DNA of 64,000 bases from Patescibacteria group bacterium (GCA_034658815.1 JAYEFY010000020.1:11966-75965), one strand, 5' to 3'. Positions 9,499 through 19,400 are shown, counted from the first letter of the stretch. Made by a program: numbers and translations. The notes: generated from the letters alone by a model not told the origin.

Positions 9499-10965
9499 TT
9501 AGAGTTCTCCTTTGAGCAATTTGTTGAGCTTCTCTTTTACTTCATCTTCCGTCGGCTCGCGTTCAATATCGTTTCTCTCCGGTTGTATCTGAAAATCATT
9601 TGCAGCAATATTTTCTCGAATTATTTTATCTACTTCATTTGACGGAATATACTGTTCTTTTTCAGTAGAAACATCGCTTGGCTCTTCAATATATTTAATC
9701 GGCGGCGTCTCTTTAGCTTTTGGCGTTATTTTTTGATCAACGTCGGCCATAAATATCGGAAGATTCTTTGGAGCAACCGCTCTTTTTTGCTTTTTTTTAT
9801 CGTCAAAGCTCTCCTTTTTTTCTCTTTTTTCCGGCATTGTTATCTTTCGAACACTTTCAGCTACAGGCAAGATCGGTTCCCCGAATTCCCGATGATGAGT
9901 TGTCCTGACAGCTTTGATATCTCTAAATTTCTTGTCAGCAAAAATTGACCTGCCATACAACCTTGAAATAACTCCCTTTCCGCGTGATTGAGCCTTTTCA
10001 AACACTCTTTTATCCTTAACAAAAAGCGCTTCTTCTTTCTGATCTTCTTTCTTTAGAGCAATATTCCTTTCAAATTCGTCCTTATTGATCATTGACCCCT
10101 CTAGATCAGGAACATCCGTTGATATCTTACTGGGAATTTTTGTATCAGACCGGGCTGTGCTTGTTGGCAATATTTTCCTACTTTTTTCCTGCGGCTTTGA
10201 AACGCTTTTTTGTTCGCTTACCGCCTGCTCCGCCGTAAACAGGCTATCCTCTTCAAATTCGTATGCCAATTCACCTTTTTCTTTCCTTTTTTCAAGCTGC
10301 CGCTTAAGCTGGCTCTTGACAAGCCCGCCGATCACGCTCTTTTTTTTCACAACTCGCAGATCAAAAGATCCGTAAGAAATCGCAACAATAATCGACCCGA
10401 CAAAACCGATTATTAAACCCAGTACCGTGTTAAGAAGAATATTGGGAGAAACCGGCAAGCTGGAGGTAATCGGCCCGTCAATGAGCTTCGGTTCGATCAC
10501 TTCTTTTCTGCCATGGTATTTCTGCCCATTTTCTGAAAAATTTCGGGCGATTGCCCGGGCAATCTTTCTTGATTCGATCATGGATTCATCAAACACGCTA
10601 ATTTTCAGTATGCCTGCTCCGCTTATCTTTTCAACTTGAACTTCTTTTTCCCACTGCTTCTTTCTCTCCCCCGGATCATCTGAAAACTTCTTTTCTATTT
10701 CAAGAGAAGAATCCAGGATATCATCAAGAAACAGTTCAGTGAAAATAACTTGTGAAAAAATCTCACTAAGATATTCCACTGATCTGGATGCCGATGCAGT
10801 ATTGGCTTCTTTTTGAATAAAAAGAATTGTAATATCAGATCGATATTTTGGCGGAATCAGCGTGGACACAAAAAACGCGCAAGATCCCGCAACAAATGTT
10901 ATGTACAGGATAAGCTGCCATTTCCTAAATATTTTTGATAGTATTTCTCTCATTTTTTCGTTCAA
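9499..10965 (-). CDS. Wzz-like chain-length determinant N-terminal module fused to a ~290-aa highly charged, low-complexity C-terminal tail
   Basis: 488 aa. TM1 near residues 18-38. TM2 is ILLNTVLGLIIGFVGSIIVAISYG at about residues 175-200. The C-terminal tail is K/E/D/S-rich and predicted disordered. Confidence 0.45.
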   Translation of the reverse strand: MNEKMREILSKIFRKWQLILYITFVAGSCAFFVSTLIPPKYRSDITILFIQKEANTASASRSVEYLSEIFSQVIFTELFLDDILDSSLEIEKKFSDDPGERKKQWEKEVQVEKISGAGILKISVFDESMIESRKIARAIARNFSENGQKYHGRKEVIEPKLIDGPITSSLPVSPNILLNTVLGLIIGFVGSIIVAISYGSFDLRVVKKKSVIGGLVKSQLKRQLEKRKEKGELAYEFEEDSLFTAEQAVSEQKSVSKPQEKSRKILPTSTARSDTKIPSKISTDVPDLEGSMINKDEFERNIALKKEDQKEEALFVKDKRVFEKAQSRGKGVISRLYGRSIFADKKFRDIKAVRTTHHREFGEPILPVAESVRKITMPEKREKKESFDDKKKQKRAVAPKNLPIFMADVDQKITPKAKETPPIKYIEEPSDVSTEKEQYIPSNEVDKIIRENIAANDFQIQPERNDIEREPTEDEVKEKLNKLLKGEL

Positions 10966-11129
10966 TATATAAAACTGTGCTTATTTTTTACTAAATTTGC
11001 AGAAAAACAGCGAACATATATTTGTATAACAATAGAGTTAATTTGTCAAGCAAATTAGGAAAATTGAGGAAAAAAGAGGTCAGATACCTTTTTCTTTTTT
11101 TTCTTTTTTTAAAATATTGCTTCCCTTGC

Positions 11130-11195
11130 GCTGGTGCGAGTTTGTCTGTCCGTATAGAAATCGAACGGCACTTGGGCAGACAAACTCGCACCAGC
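11130..11195. repeat. 19-bp perfect inverted repeat (GCTGGTGCGAGTTTGTCTG ... CAGACAAACTCGCACCAGC) with 28-nt spacer
   Basis: Read directly from the sequence. No flanking T-run on either strand, so it is not a canonical intrinsic terminator. A second 10/11-bp inverted repeat lies at 11224-11265. Confidence 0.8.
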
Positions 11196-11354
11196 ACAAT
11201 TAGGTTTGACTGAGTCAAATATGCTATATGACAGAAACTTGCGATCGACAATATCCGTCATATAGTATTCGCGCAATAAAATACAAAGCATTTATTTAAA
11301 AACCCTTGCCTTAAACGACAAAGGGGTTTTGGGGTAATTTCTTTTGCTGAGTTA

Positions 11355-12596
11355 TTATTTCAATATAACCTTAAGAGACTTTATTTCCCCGTTCCTCATT
11401 ATTGTCAGCATAATTTTATCGTCTGCTTGATATTTAGAGATCATCTGCGATAATGGAACATCAAGTGTTATCTCTTTACTGTCCACTGAAAGCACAATAT
11501 CTCCCAATTGCAATCCTGCGATATCAGCCGCGGATCCTTTTTTTACCGCGAGTCCTCGCTGACCGCTAAAAGAATATATCAATGCTCCTTTGTTGACCAT
11601 GAGATGGTTAAGCAATGCGATCTCTCTATTTATGGAAAGATAGTACGCGCCAAGAACGCCGTGAGGATTTCTCTGCCCTTGGATAGCTCTTTCGATTGTG
11701 AATCTAAGCCTGTTAATTGGAATCATGAACCCAATATTTTCACCATCTTTAGTAATGTAACGTGCAATGCCAACAACTGTCCCGTTAAAATCAACTATTG
11801 GTCCTCCCATATTTTTTTCATTGATCAGCGCGTCACACATTATCGCCCCTTCCATCTTTTCCGAAGATGAGAGTTCTGAATTTAACAAAGAAAATCGTTT
11901 GTTTTTTTCATTTATTACTCCAAGAGAAAAAGTGTTCTGGTATTCACCGGCAGCGTTTCCAATAATGATGATCTTTTCGCCGGTTTCAAGTTCATCTGAA
12001 TTTCCAAACTGCGCCGCGGGTAAATTCGCTGCCTCCATTTTGTAAAACTCAACCTCGGCATATTGGTCAACAAATATTTTTTTCGCTTCAAATTCTTTTC
12101 CACTTGAGGTGAATATCTTATATCTTTTTGAAGTATTTAATTCTAAGAGTGGGCTGTCTTCTTCAAAAACATCAGCATTATTTCTTATCACACTCATAAT
12201 AAGTCCGTCTCCGGTAAGTATAATTCCTGTTTTTATATGACTCTGGATGTCGCTGCTTGTTTTGATCTCATTTTCTTTTTGAACATCTTTTTCATCAGCA
12301 TATTCAACTATACTGACAACAACAGGTAAAACGTTTTGTGATGTGTTTGTAACTGAAAAATTTTCGTGCACAGTCACTTGTTCTGTTTTATTGATCACAG
12401 TAATTCTTTCGTTCGCTTTTTGAAGAATTGGAAAACGTTCCAGACATTTAAAAGACGAAAGCCATGGAACAATATTCCTTTCCATTGTAACTCCTGAAAC
12501 TCCTCCAATCACAGCGATAACAAAAACTATGGATAAAATTTTAATGATCTTCTTTATGATCTTCTTTAGCATATGGTTTAAGATTTTAAAACTCAA
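11355..12596 (-). CDS. HtrA/DegP-family protein with PDZ domain, catalytically inactive (pseudo-protease)
   Basis: 413 aa. Aligns with the canonical HtrA at 16415-17740, but the catalytic Ser motif GNSGGP reads KNMGGP (Ser to Met) and the catalytic His box TNRHVV reads IRNNADV (His to Asn). N-terminal TM anchor. The C-terminal PDZ-like region is retained (...GLQLGDIVLSVDSKEI...). Confidence 0.7.
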   Translation of the reverse strand: MSFKILNHMLKKIIKKIIKILSIVFVIAVIGGVSGVTMERNIVPWLSSFKCLERFPILQKANERITVINKTEQVTVHENFSVTNTSQNVLPVVVSIVEYADEKDVQKENEIKTSSDIQSHIKTGIILTGDGLIMSVIRNNADVFEEDSPLLELNTSKRYKIFTSSGKEFEAKKIFVDQYAEVEFYKMEAANLPAAQFGNSDELETGEKIIIIGNAAGEYQNTFSLGVINEKNKRFSLLNSELSSSEKMEGAIMCDALINEKNMGGPIVDFNGTVVGIARYITKDGENIGFMIPINRLRFTIERAIQGQRNPHGVLGAYYLSINREIALLNHLMVNKGALIYSFSGQRGLAVKKGSAADIAGLQLGDIVLSVDSKEITLDVPLSQMISKYQADDKIMLTIMRNGEIKSLKVILK

Positions 12597-12631
12597 CCGA
12601 GAGGCCTGCTTTAAAAAAATTAATTTAGAAG

Positions 12632-12756
12632 CAATCCCTTAGAGCCTGTTTGAAAACCCTCTTCCGTTGCAATCCCGCCTAAGTGCTCGGAACAGCCAAA
12701 ATATGCTTGTCCTCCTCTGGAGGAGAAATTGCAGCAGGATATGGGGTTTTTAAACA
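12632..12756. repeat. ~125-bp intergenic element with terminal inverted repeats (AGAGCCTGTTTGAAAACCC ... GGGGTTTTTAAACAAGCTCT), copy 2
   Basis: Same ends and internal blocks as 8631-8729. Carries an extra internal hairpin CCTCCTCTGGAGGAG. Confidence 0.75.
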
Positions 12757-12766
12757 AGCTCTTAAT

Positions 12767-13594
12767 TCATACAACCAAATCCCATTGGGCTGTGAATAAA
12801 ATGCTCGCGACAGCAAGCGTAGAGAAAACAACATTGAACGCCATAGCCTTCAGCGTAAAAGTCCTTTGAATATACATTCTTACGGCATTCCAAAAAACGA
12901 AGTAAATTATAAGGGCAATAACACCTGTTGTCAAATATGCAAATGGCCATAATGACAACCCCCAAATCACTTCGCCCATCACAAGTGAGAGAATAAGACT
13001 GAGAAATAAAATGGTTTTTCTTTCTCGCTGGCTGTATTCCACTGCTTCCAATGCTTCTCCATTTACCAAATTGCTTCGCCGTTTTTTCGATCGTTGCCTG
13101 ATCTTAGAACACGCAATTTGGCAGATCATAAGCGATGGCAGTCCGATAAGAAATGTTGAACCGATAAAAGTCAGGACAAGAACCCATGCGCTTATTTGAA
13201 AATTCAGATACCATCCATAATTTGACACAAACCAAAAAAATCCCGTCGCTAATGTTGCAAGATTTATCATTCCTTGCGCTGTCTGGTCGCAATCATAAAA
13301 TTTTAATCGATAAGCGCCGAGTAACGCCAGATAATAGACAAATGAAGACAGCGCAATAAAGACTTGTTTTTCGATCAAATTGTCAATTAAAAAAAGAAGG
13401 CTGAGTGAGCCAATGCTAAGAAAGAAAGGGATGGCTAAAAACCGTATTTTTCTTGCCAGCGGCCACACTATTAATACTGAAAAACACACAAGAAAAATAA
13501 GAACGGCAAAAAACCAGTGCTGTTGGAATATTGACACCTCCAAAGCACAAGCAAAAATAATACTGAGAAGAATTGAATTAAGCTTAAAAAGCAT
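12767..13594 (-). CDS. Polytopic integral membrane protein (about 8 TM), function unknown
   Basis: 275 aa, strongly hydrophobic throughout. Confidence 0.45.
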   Translation of the reverse strand: MLFKLNSILLSIIFACALEVSIFQQHWFFAVLIFLVCFSVLIVWPLARKIRFLAIPFFLSIGSLSLLFLIDNLIEKQVFIALSSFVYYLALLGAYRLKFYDCDQTAQGMINLATLATGFFWFVSNYGWYLNFQISAWVLVLTFIGSTFLIGLPSLMICQIACSKIRQRSKKRRSNLVNGEALEAVEYSQRERKTILFLSLILSLVMGEVIWGLSLWPFAYLTTGVIALIIYFVFWNAVRMYIQRTFTLKAMAFNVVFSTLAVASILFTAQWDLVV

Positions 13595-13624
13595 TTTTTG
13601 ACAGCTTCGTTTTTATTACTACTC

Positions 13625-13699
13625 AAGGCCTGCTTGAAAAGTTCGCTTTCTGTTGCAAATCCAAAATTTCATCTGAGAGATTTTTCAAGCAGGCTCTTC
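13625..13699. repeat. Diverged copy 3 of the TIR-bounded element (GCCTGCTTGAAAAG ... TTTTTCAAGCAGGC), overlapping the 3' end of clpB
   Basis: Inverted termini and internal GTTCGCTTTCTGTTGCAAATCCAAAAT resemble copies 1 and 2. The right terminus encodes the last about 10 codons (…[10 protein letters not shown]) and the stop of clpB. Confidence 0.6.
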
Positions 13700-16311
13700 G
13701 AGAATGTTATCTCACCCTTTTCTACATCAACTTTAGCTTTTCCCTTTTTTATAGAACCATCGATAATTTTCATGGCAAGCGGATCAAGAATATGACTTTG
13801 GATAACACGTTTAAGCGACCGGGCGCCATAAACAGGATCATAACCATGCGTTAAAAGATATTCTTTGGCCTTTTTAGTCAATAACAGTTCTATTCTCTTA
13901 CTGGAAAGCCTTTTATTAACACGAGCAACCTGTAAGTCAATAATATCTTTAATATCTTTTTCACTCAATGAACGAAAAATAATAATTTCGTCAAATCTGT
14001 TGAGAAATTCCGGCCGGAATTTTTTTTGTAAGGCGTCAAGCACTTTTTTCCTCATTTCGTTCTCATCGATTATCTCTTCTTTTTTCTTCCTGTTGGTAAA
14101 TCCAAGTTCGCCAGCTTGGGAAATGATATCGCTTCCAACATTGGATGTCATTATTATCACTGTATTTCTAAAGCTTACTGCTCTGCCTTTCGCGTCCGTG
14201 AGCCGTCCGTCATCAAGTATTTGTAGCATAATATTGAAAACTTCAGGATGAGCTTTTTCAATTTCATCAAATAAAATAACGCTGTAAGGGCGCCTGCGCA
14301 CCTTTTCCGTTAATTGCCCTCCTTCATCGTACCCGACATATCCCGGAGGGGAACCGATAAACTTTGCGACGCTGTGAGATTCCATGTATTCGCTCATATC
14401 AACACGCACCATCGCATCTTCATCATTGAACAAAAATTCTGCCAGCGCTTTCCCAAGTTCTGTTTTTCCAACACCAGTGGGCCCAAGAAAAATAAAAGAT
14501 CCGATCGGATGATTTTCTTCGGAAATACCGGCTCTGCTGCGGCGCAATGCATTGGCAACAACTCTGATCGCGTCTTCCTGCCCAATAACTCTTTTAGCCA
14601 GCATCTCTTCGGCATGCATAAACTTTTCCGCTTCTTCTTCAAGCATTTTTTCAACCGGTATGCCTGTCCAGCGTGATACTACCTTTGCGATATCTTCCTC
14701 CGTAACTTCTTCTTTTAATATTGATGTCTCACTCTGAACATTCTTGAGTTTTTGATTCTCCTGTTTGATTATTTTTTCCAATTCAGGGACTTTGCCGTAA
14801 CGTATCTCGGCTACCTTATCAAGCAGCCCTTCTCGTTCTAATTTCTCCGCATCGCCTTTCAATTCATCAATTTCTTTCTTATATTTTCTAATGTTGGTAA
14901 TGATATCTTTTTCGGACATCCACTGCACTTTCAATTGTTTAAGCCGATCATTGATTTGGGCTTTTTCCTTTCTCATTTCTTCAAGCTTCTTTTTCGCGCC
15001 GCCATCTTTTTCCTTTTCAAGAGCCTTTTCCTCAATCTCCATTTTTCTTACTTTTCTTTCAAGCTGATCTATTTCTGTCGGCATTGACTCGATTTCCATT
15101 CTTAAAGATGATGTCGCTTCATCAACCAGATCAATGGCTTTATCGGGAAGAAACCTGTCAGTTATATATTTGGTTGATAATTTTACTGCGGCTACAATTG
15201 CTTCGTCGGTAATCTTTACACCATGATGAAGCTCGTATTTTTCTTTAATGCCTCTCAATATTGAGATTGTGTCTTCTTCGGTCGGTTCTCCGATAAAGAT
15301 CGGCTGGAATCTTCTTTCTAAAGCCGCGTCTTTTTCAATGTATTTTTGGTACTCTTTCAGCGTCGTCGCGCCAATTGTCAATAGCTTCCCGCGAGCCAAT
15401 GCCGGTTTAAGCATATTTGACGCGTCCATTGCTCCTTCAGCTGCCCCAGCTCCCACAAGAGTATGTAATTCGTCGATAAATATAATGTACTTCCCTTCAG
15501 AACTTTCAATTTCTTTGATGACCGCCTTAAGGCGATCCTCAAATTCTCCGCGAAATTTTGCTCCGGCAATAAGAGAGCCAAGATCAAGCAGAACTAACTC
15601 CTTATTTTTTAAATTCTCCGGAACATCGCCATTCGCAATACGTTGCGCGAGTCCTTCAGCAATAGCCGTTTTTCCCGTCCCCGGCTCGCCTAAAAGCACA
15701 GGATTATTTTTTGTTCTTCGCGATAAAACTTGCATTAGCCGACGGATTTCTTCATCTCTCCCAACTACCGGATCCAGCAATCCTTCTTCCGCTTGTTTTG
15801 TAAGATTGATCGTGTATTTTTCCAATACCTGAAATTTTGACTCCGGGTTCGGAGAATCTACCTTTTGAGATCCTCTAATCTCCTTCAATATCTTGAGTAC
15901 TTCCGACTCATTTATGTTGTATCGATTCAATACATCACAAGCTTCTTTTGAACTCTTCATGATCCCCAAAAAAAGATGTTCAGTTGAAATATATTCATCT
16001 CCGGTTCGCGAGGCTTCTTCGGCAGATTCATTAAACACTCTTAACAAATTGCCGGTAACGTAAATATCTCCGACAGTTCCGGATATTTGTGTTTTTGGAA
16101 CTTTCTCTATTTCTTTTCCAACATCTCGTTCAAGCGACTCTGTATCAATTTGGAGTTTTGAAAGCATTGCCGGAACAATGGAGTCTTCCTGTGAGATCAA
16201 AACATGCAATAAGTGCCACACATTAAACTGCTGGTGTTTTTTCTCAAACGCGAATTCTTGCGACCGTTTAACCGCTTCCTGCGATTTAATTGTAAATTTA
16301 CTAAAATCCAT
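13669..16311 (-). CDS. clpB: ClpB disaggregase chaperone (AAA+ with two NBDs and M-domain)
   Basis: 880 aa. Clp_N region. NBD1 Walker [14 protein letters not shown]. Long coiled-coil middle domain. NBD2 [19 protein letters not shown]. Sensor/arginine-finger regions present. Confidence 0.95.
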   Translation of the reverse strand: MDFSKFTIKSQEAVKRSQEFAFEKKHQQFNVWHLLHVLISQEDSIVPAMLSKLQIDTESLERDVGKEIEKVPKTQISGTVGDIYVTGNLLRVFNESAEEASRTGDEYISTEHLFLGIMKSSKEACDVLNRYNINESEVLKILKEIRGSQKVDSPNPESKFQVLEKYTINLTKQAEEGLLDPVVGRDEEIRRLMQVLSRRTKNNPVLLGEPGTGKTAIAEGLAQRIANGDVPENLKNKELVLLDLGSLIAGAKFRGEFEDRLKAVIKEIESSEGKYIIFIDELHTLVGAGAAEGAMDASNMLKPALARGKLLTIGATTLKEYQKYIEKDAALERRFQPIFIGEPTEEDTISILRGIKEKYELHHGVKITDEAIVAAVKLSTKYITDRFLPDKAIDLVDEATSSLRMEIESMPTEIDQLERKVRKMEIEEKALEKEKDGGAKKKLEEMRKEKAQINDRLKQLKVQWMSEKDIITNIRKYKKEIDELKGDAEKLEREGLLDKVAEIRYGKVPELEKIIKQENQKLKNVQSETSILKEEVTEEDIAKVVSRWTGIPVEKMLEEEAEKFMHAEEMLAKRVIGQEDAIRVVANALRRSRAGISEENHPIGSFIFLGPTGVGKTELGKALAEFLFNDEDAMVRVDMSEYMESHSVAKFIGSPPGYVGYDEGGQLTEKVRRRPYSVILFDEIEKAHPEVFNIMLQILDDGRLTDAKGRAVSFRNTVIIMTSNVGSDIISQAGELGFTNRKKKEEIIDENEMRKKVLDALQKKFRPEFLNRFDEIIIFRSLSEKDIKDIIDLQVARVNKRLSSKRIELLLTKKAKEYLLTHGYDPVYGARSLKRVIQSHILDPLAMKIIDGSIKKGKAKVDVEKGEITFSKSLLEKSLR

Positions 16312-16414
16312 GATATAAAAAACAATTATTACTTTTTCGCTGTGAACCGCCAGATTGTTAAACGGGATAAAATTCCTGTGAGTTCAATGGCTCTTGCCTT
16401 GAACCTGATAATTC

Positions 16415-17740
16415 CTAACGATTTTGCCCCGCCTCTTCAAGTTTTACAGTTATCATTTTTTCGTTTCCTTTGCTCCAAACTTTCATGGTAACATTATCAC
16501 CAACCATCTTACGCTTTATAATTCTCGATAGATCGTTATCTTGAGTCACTTTTCTTCCATCTATCTCGAGTATTATATCATTTTCAACCAGCCCGGCCTT
16601 ATCAGCAGGACTTCCGGGAACAACCGCGAGATCAGAAATGCGTCTTCCCCGAATAATAAGCGCTCCATAATCAAACTGAAGATCATTTTCCTCCTGAATT
16701 TGCTTATTAACAAGTATATATCGAACACCAATATAAGGACGCATTATCCTGCCCGTATCTTTGACGCTTTGATAAATTTTCTTTACTTCGTTGATTGGGA
16801 TCGCGAAACCAATATTTTCAGCTCCTTGCGCCATAGCAACATTCACTCCAATTGCTTGTCCCTGTAAATTAATGATCGGTCCGCCGGAATTTCCCGGATT
16901 TATTGCCGCGTCAGTCTGTATCATTTCATCAAGCAGTTCCGACTTTCCTCTTCCGTCACCGGCGCTTATACTTCTTTTTAGTCCGGAAATTATTCCCTTT
17001 GAAACAGTGTTGCGAAATTCACCAAGAGAATTTCCTATCACTACAACTGTTTGTCCGATTTTTAAACTATCGGAATTACCAAGCTTAATTACCGGAAATT
17101 TTTCGTCGCTTTCGATCTTTATAATCGCCAGATCCATAAAGGAATCCCTCGCAAGAACAGTTGCATTGTATTTTGTTCCATCGTTTATGATAACCGTGTA
17201 TTCCGCTTCCTCATCTTCAACAACATGCCTGTTTGTTATAATAAATCCATCTTCCCCGATAATAAAGCCTGTTCCTCCCCCTATTTCTCTTTTTTCGGTC
17301 TCAGGCTCTTCCCGTGGAACCTCTCTAAATCCAAAAGGGTTAAAAAAGGGATCATTAGCAAAAGGATCTATAAAATAACTGTCCAGCTTTGGAACATCTT
17401 TTGTGACAATAACGCTTACTACCGCAGGCGATGCCTTTTCGACAACATTAATAATGGCCGATTCCTCTTCAATGACACTGACTGCTCCATTACTCTTAAT
17501 TACTTTTCCGGCGCCGGCATCATTAGCTGTTTCGATACTTCGCTGCTGCTCAATGATCTTGTGTATTTCTTTATTACTGGTTTCGCTTACCGCGAATCCG
17601 GCAATCGCACCCATGATGCCGCTTACAATAATGCTGGCTGCAATTGCGGAAGCTAATGTTTTGCTGTAATGTTTTTTGGCTTCATGTTCAACCATTCCAG
17701 TTTTTTCGATTATTTTATCGTTTTGGTCTGTTTCTTTCAT
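16415..17740 (-). CDS. htrA: HtrA/DegP-family serine protease with PDZ domain (catalytic triad intact)
   Basis: 441 aa. His box ITNRHVV, Asp box DLAIIKI, Ser motif GNSGGP. C-terminal PDZ. N-terminal TM anchor. Confidence 0.9.
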   Translation of the reverse strand: MKETDQNDKIIEKTGMVEHEAKKHYSKTLASAIAASIIVSGIMGAIAGFAVSETSNKEIHKIIEQQRSIETANDAGAGKVIKSNGAVSVIEEESAIINVVEKASPAVVSVIVTKDVPKLDSYFIDPFANDPFFNPFGFREVPREEPETEKREIGGGTGFIIGEDGFIITNRHVVEDEEAEYTVIINDGTKYNATVLARDSFMDLAIIKIESDEKFPVIKLGNSDSLKIGQTVVVIGNSLGEFRNTVSKGIISGLKRSISAGDGRGKSELLDEMIQTDAAINPGNSGGPIINLQGQAIGVNVAMAQGAENIGFAIPINEVKKIYQSVKDTGRIMRPYIGVRYILVNKQIQEENDLQFDYGALIIRGRRISDLAVVPGSPADKAGLVENDIILEIDGRKVTQDNDLSRIIKRKMVGDNVTMKVWSKGNEKMITVKLEEAGQNR

Positions 17741-17848
17741 AAATAAAACTAAAAATTAGGCAGGGTAAACAAATACTAAGGCAAATAAAGACAGTCCGGT
17801 ATTTGCTATACGCTATACAGTACGCTAACTGAAGAACTTTGTTTCAAA

Positions 17849-18028
17849 TTATTCTTTGATTACTATCGCGCCAACCGGACAACTTTGTACTATCTCCTTT
17901 GCGTCATAGTTCAAATATTCATCATTTACGACAATCGCAACTTCATTTTCTATTTTAAAACAATCCGGATACAATCCTTCGCATGTTCCGCATCCGATGC
18001 ATTTATCTTTATCAATTATTACTTTCAT
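17849..18028 (-). CDS. Small 4Fe-4S ferredoxin (59 aa)
   Basis: Not in the ORF track because it is under 60 aa. Translation MKVIIDKDKCIGCGTCEGLYPDCFKIENEVAIVVNDEYLNYDAKEIVQSCPVGAIVIKE has CxxCxxC...CP cluster ligands. Confidence 0.65.
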   Translation of the reverse strand: MKVIIDKDKCIGCGTCEGLYPDCFKIENEVAIVVNDEYLNYDAKEIVQSCPVGAIVIKE

Positions 18029-18090
18029 GAGATTTCTGTTTAGTACTTAGTAGTATTTGCTCTCTACTGGGGCTGTTTCCAAGCTAACTC

Positions 18091-19392
18091 CTACTGAAAA
18101 TTGCCTAAACTTGGATCACCCTCGGAATTCATCCGAATTTTTCTCTCGATTTTTTTCATTTTTTGATCGCGAAATTCTATTTCTCCCTGTTGCGGATTCC
18201 AAACGTAATCCTTCATAAGAACAATTACCGGCATTTGTTTTTTCTGCTCAAGTATCCAGTCAAGAAACGTCGTTCCATGAACATAGATCTGGCGAATCTT
18301 CACTTCTTTGATCGTTTTAGCCGCGTCTTTTCCAGAGCTTTCCACTGATTCACCGTCTGTAATAATTTTTCGCTCTCTCGTTTCCTGAACCTGAACAATA
18401 TGAAATCCAATCGGACTAACGATTACATCTGATATTTCACCAGTGTTCATCGCAAACACAACATCAGCGACTTCAGGTATTAATTGATGATATCTAAACC
18501 ATCCCAGTTCTCCATCACTTTGCGCGCTTTCTCCCTCTGAATATGTTTTAACGACATCGACAAAATTTGACCCGGCATCATTAAGTTCTTCACTTGCTTC
18601 AACGCACTTTTTGTATCCCTCCTGCTCTGTTATCTCAAAAATATACGCGCCAAAAAGGCGTTTTAAGTATATTTGATAGATAACGACATTATCCCGAAAA
18701 TCACTAATATTCCAGCCGTATAACGACTTTAGGCTCAATTCTAATGATCTTTTAGTTCCGTATTCCGCTATTTTTTCATCAAGTTTTTTTTGCGCCTCTT
18801 TTCGTGTGATGGCAATTCCTTTATCACGGGCAAGCTCCTCAACTATCTTATTTTCAACAAGCTTGTTAAATACATCTTTTTCTTTTATTTTCAGCCGCAT
18901 TTTTCCTTCTTTCGTCGTAAAATCAACCCGAAAGCCCTTAGACGTAAGATCCTGACTCTCGTAGAACATCTGAACAGCATCGGTACTTTGTATTAAACTT
19001 GCCGATGTGATCACAGAGCGTGATCTTCCAACGACCGCTACCGGATATGGAACATTTTTAAATACCGGGCGAGTGTATGTTTCCAATGGCGAGTAAAAAT
19101 ACAAGCTAAAGGCTGTTACAACAATCAAAGCCAATAATAATATTGCAACTATTAAAAACTTTCTGAACAAAGATTTGATGTCTTTTTCTTTTTTGCCGGA
19201 TCGTTTTTTGCCTTTGTCAGGGTATTTTTCTTTCTCCTGCTTGGTCTTTTTCTCCTTGTCAGGGTATTTTTCTTTCTCCTGCTTGGTCTTTTTCTCCTTG
19301 TCAGGATTTTTCCCTTTCTCCTGTTCGATCTTTTCCTCTTTTTCCTCTTTTTTCTCTTTTTTTACCACTGGTTTTTCAGGGATTATTGCCAA
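18091..19392 (-). CDS. Membrane-anchored parvulin-type peptidyl-prolyl isomerase (PrsA/SurA-like foldase) with N-terminal K/E-rich repeats
   Basis: 433 aa. N-terminal charged repeats (DKEKKTKQEKEKYP x2), a TM segment, and a C-terminal PpiC domain (...DGELGWFRYHQL...GEISDVIVSPIGFHIVQV...). Confidence 0.75.
   Translation of the reverse strand: MAIIPEKPVVKKEKKEEKEEKIEQEKGKNPDKEKKTKQEKEKYPDKEKKTKQEKEKYPDKGKKRSGKKEKDIKSLFRKFLIVAILLLALIVVTAFSLYFYSPLETYTRPVFKNVPYPVAVVGRSRSVITSASLIQSTDAVQMFYESQDLTSKGFRVDFTTKEGKMRLKIKEKDVFNKLVENKIVEELARDKGIAITRKEAQKKLDEKIAEYGTKRSLELSLKSLYGWNISDFRDNVVIYQIYLKRLFGAYIFEITEQEGYKKCVEASEELNDAGSNFVDVVKTYSEGESAQSDGELGWFRYHQLIPEVADVVFAMNTGEISDVIVSPIGFHIVQVQETRERKIITDGESVESSGKDAAKTIKEVKIRQIYVHGTTFLDWILEQKKQMPVIVLMKDYVWNPQQGEIEFRDQKMKKIERKIRMNSEGDPSLGNFQ
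19211..19338. repeat. 42-bp tandem direct repeat (2.9 copies) inside the 5' coding region of the PPIase gene
   Basis: CTTGTCAGGGTATTTTTCTTTCTCCTGCTTGGTCTTTTTCTC repeated. Encodes the 14-aa K/E-rich protein repeats. Confidence 0.85.
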
Positions 19393-19400
19393 ACTATCTT

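Noticed and set aside
10991-11291. ORFs 10991-11251 (-), 11022-11213 (+) and 11109-11291 (-)
   Set aside because: They lie entirely within the palindrome-rich intergenic gap, are low complexity and mutually overlapping.
13865-15832. Several plus-strand ORFs (13865-14251, 14314-14676, 15248-15832) and others antisense to clpB, htrA, gyrB and the permeases
   Set aside because: They are antisense to long, well-supported genes on the minus strand. This is typical of spurious long antisense frames.
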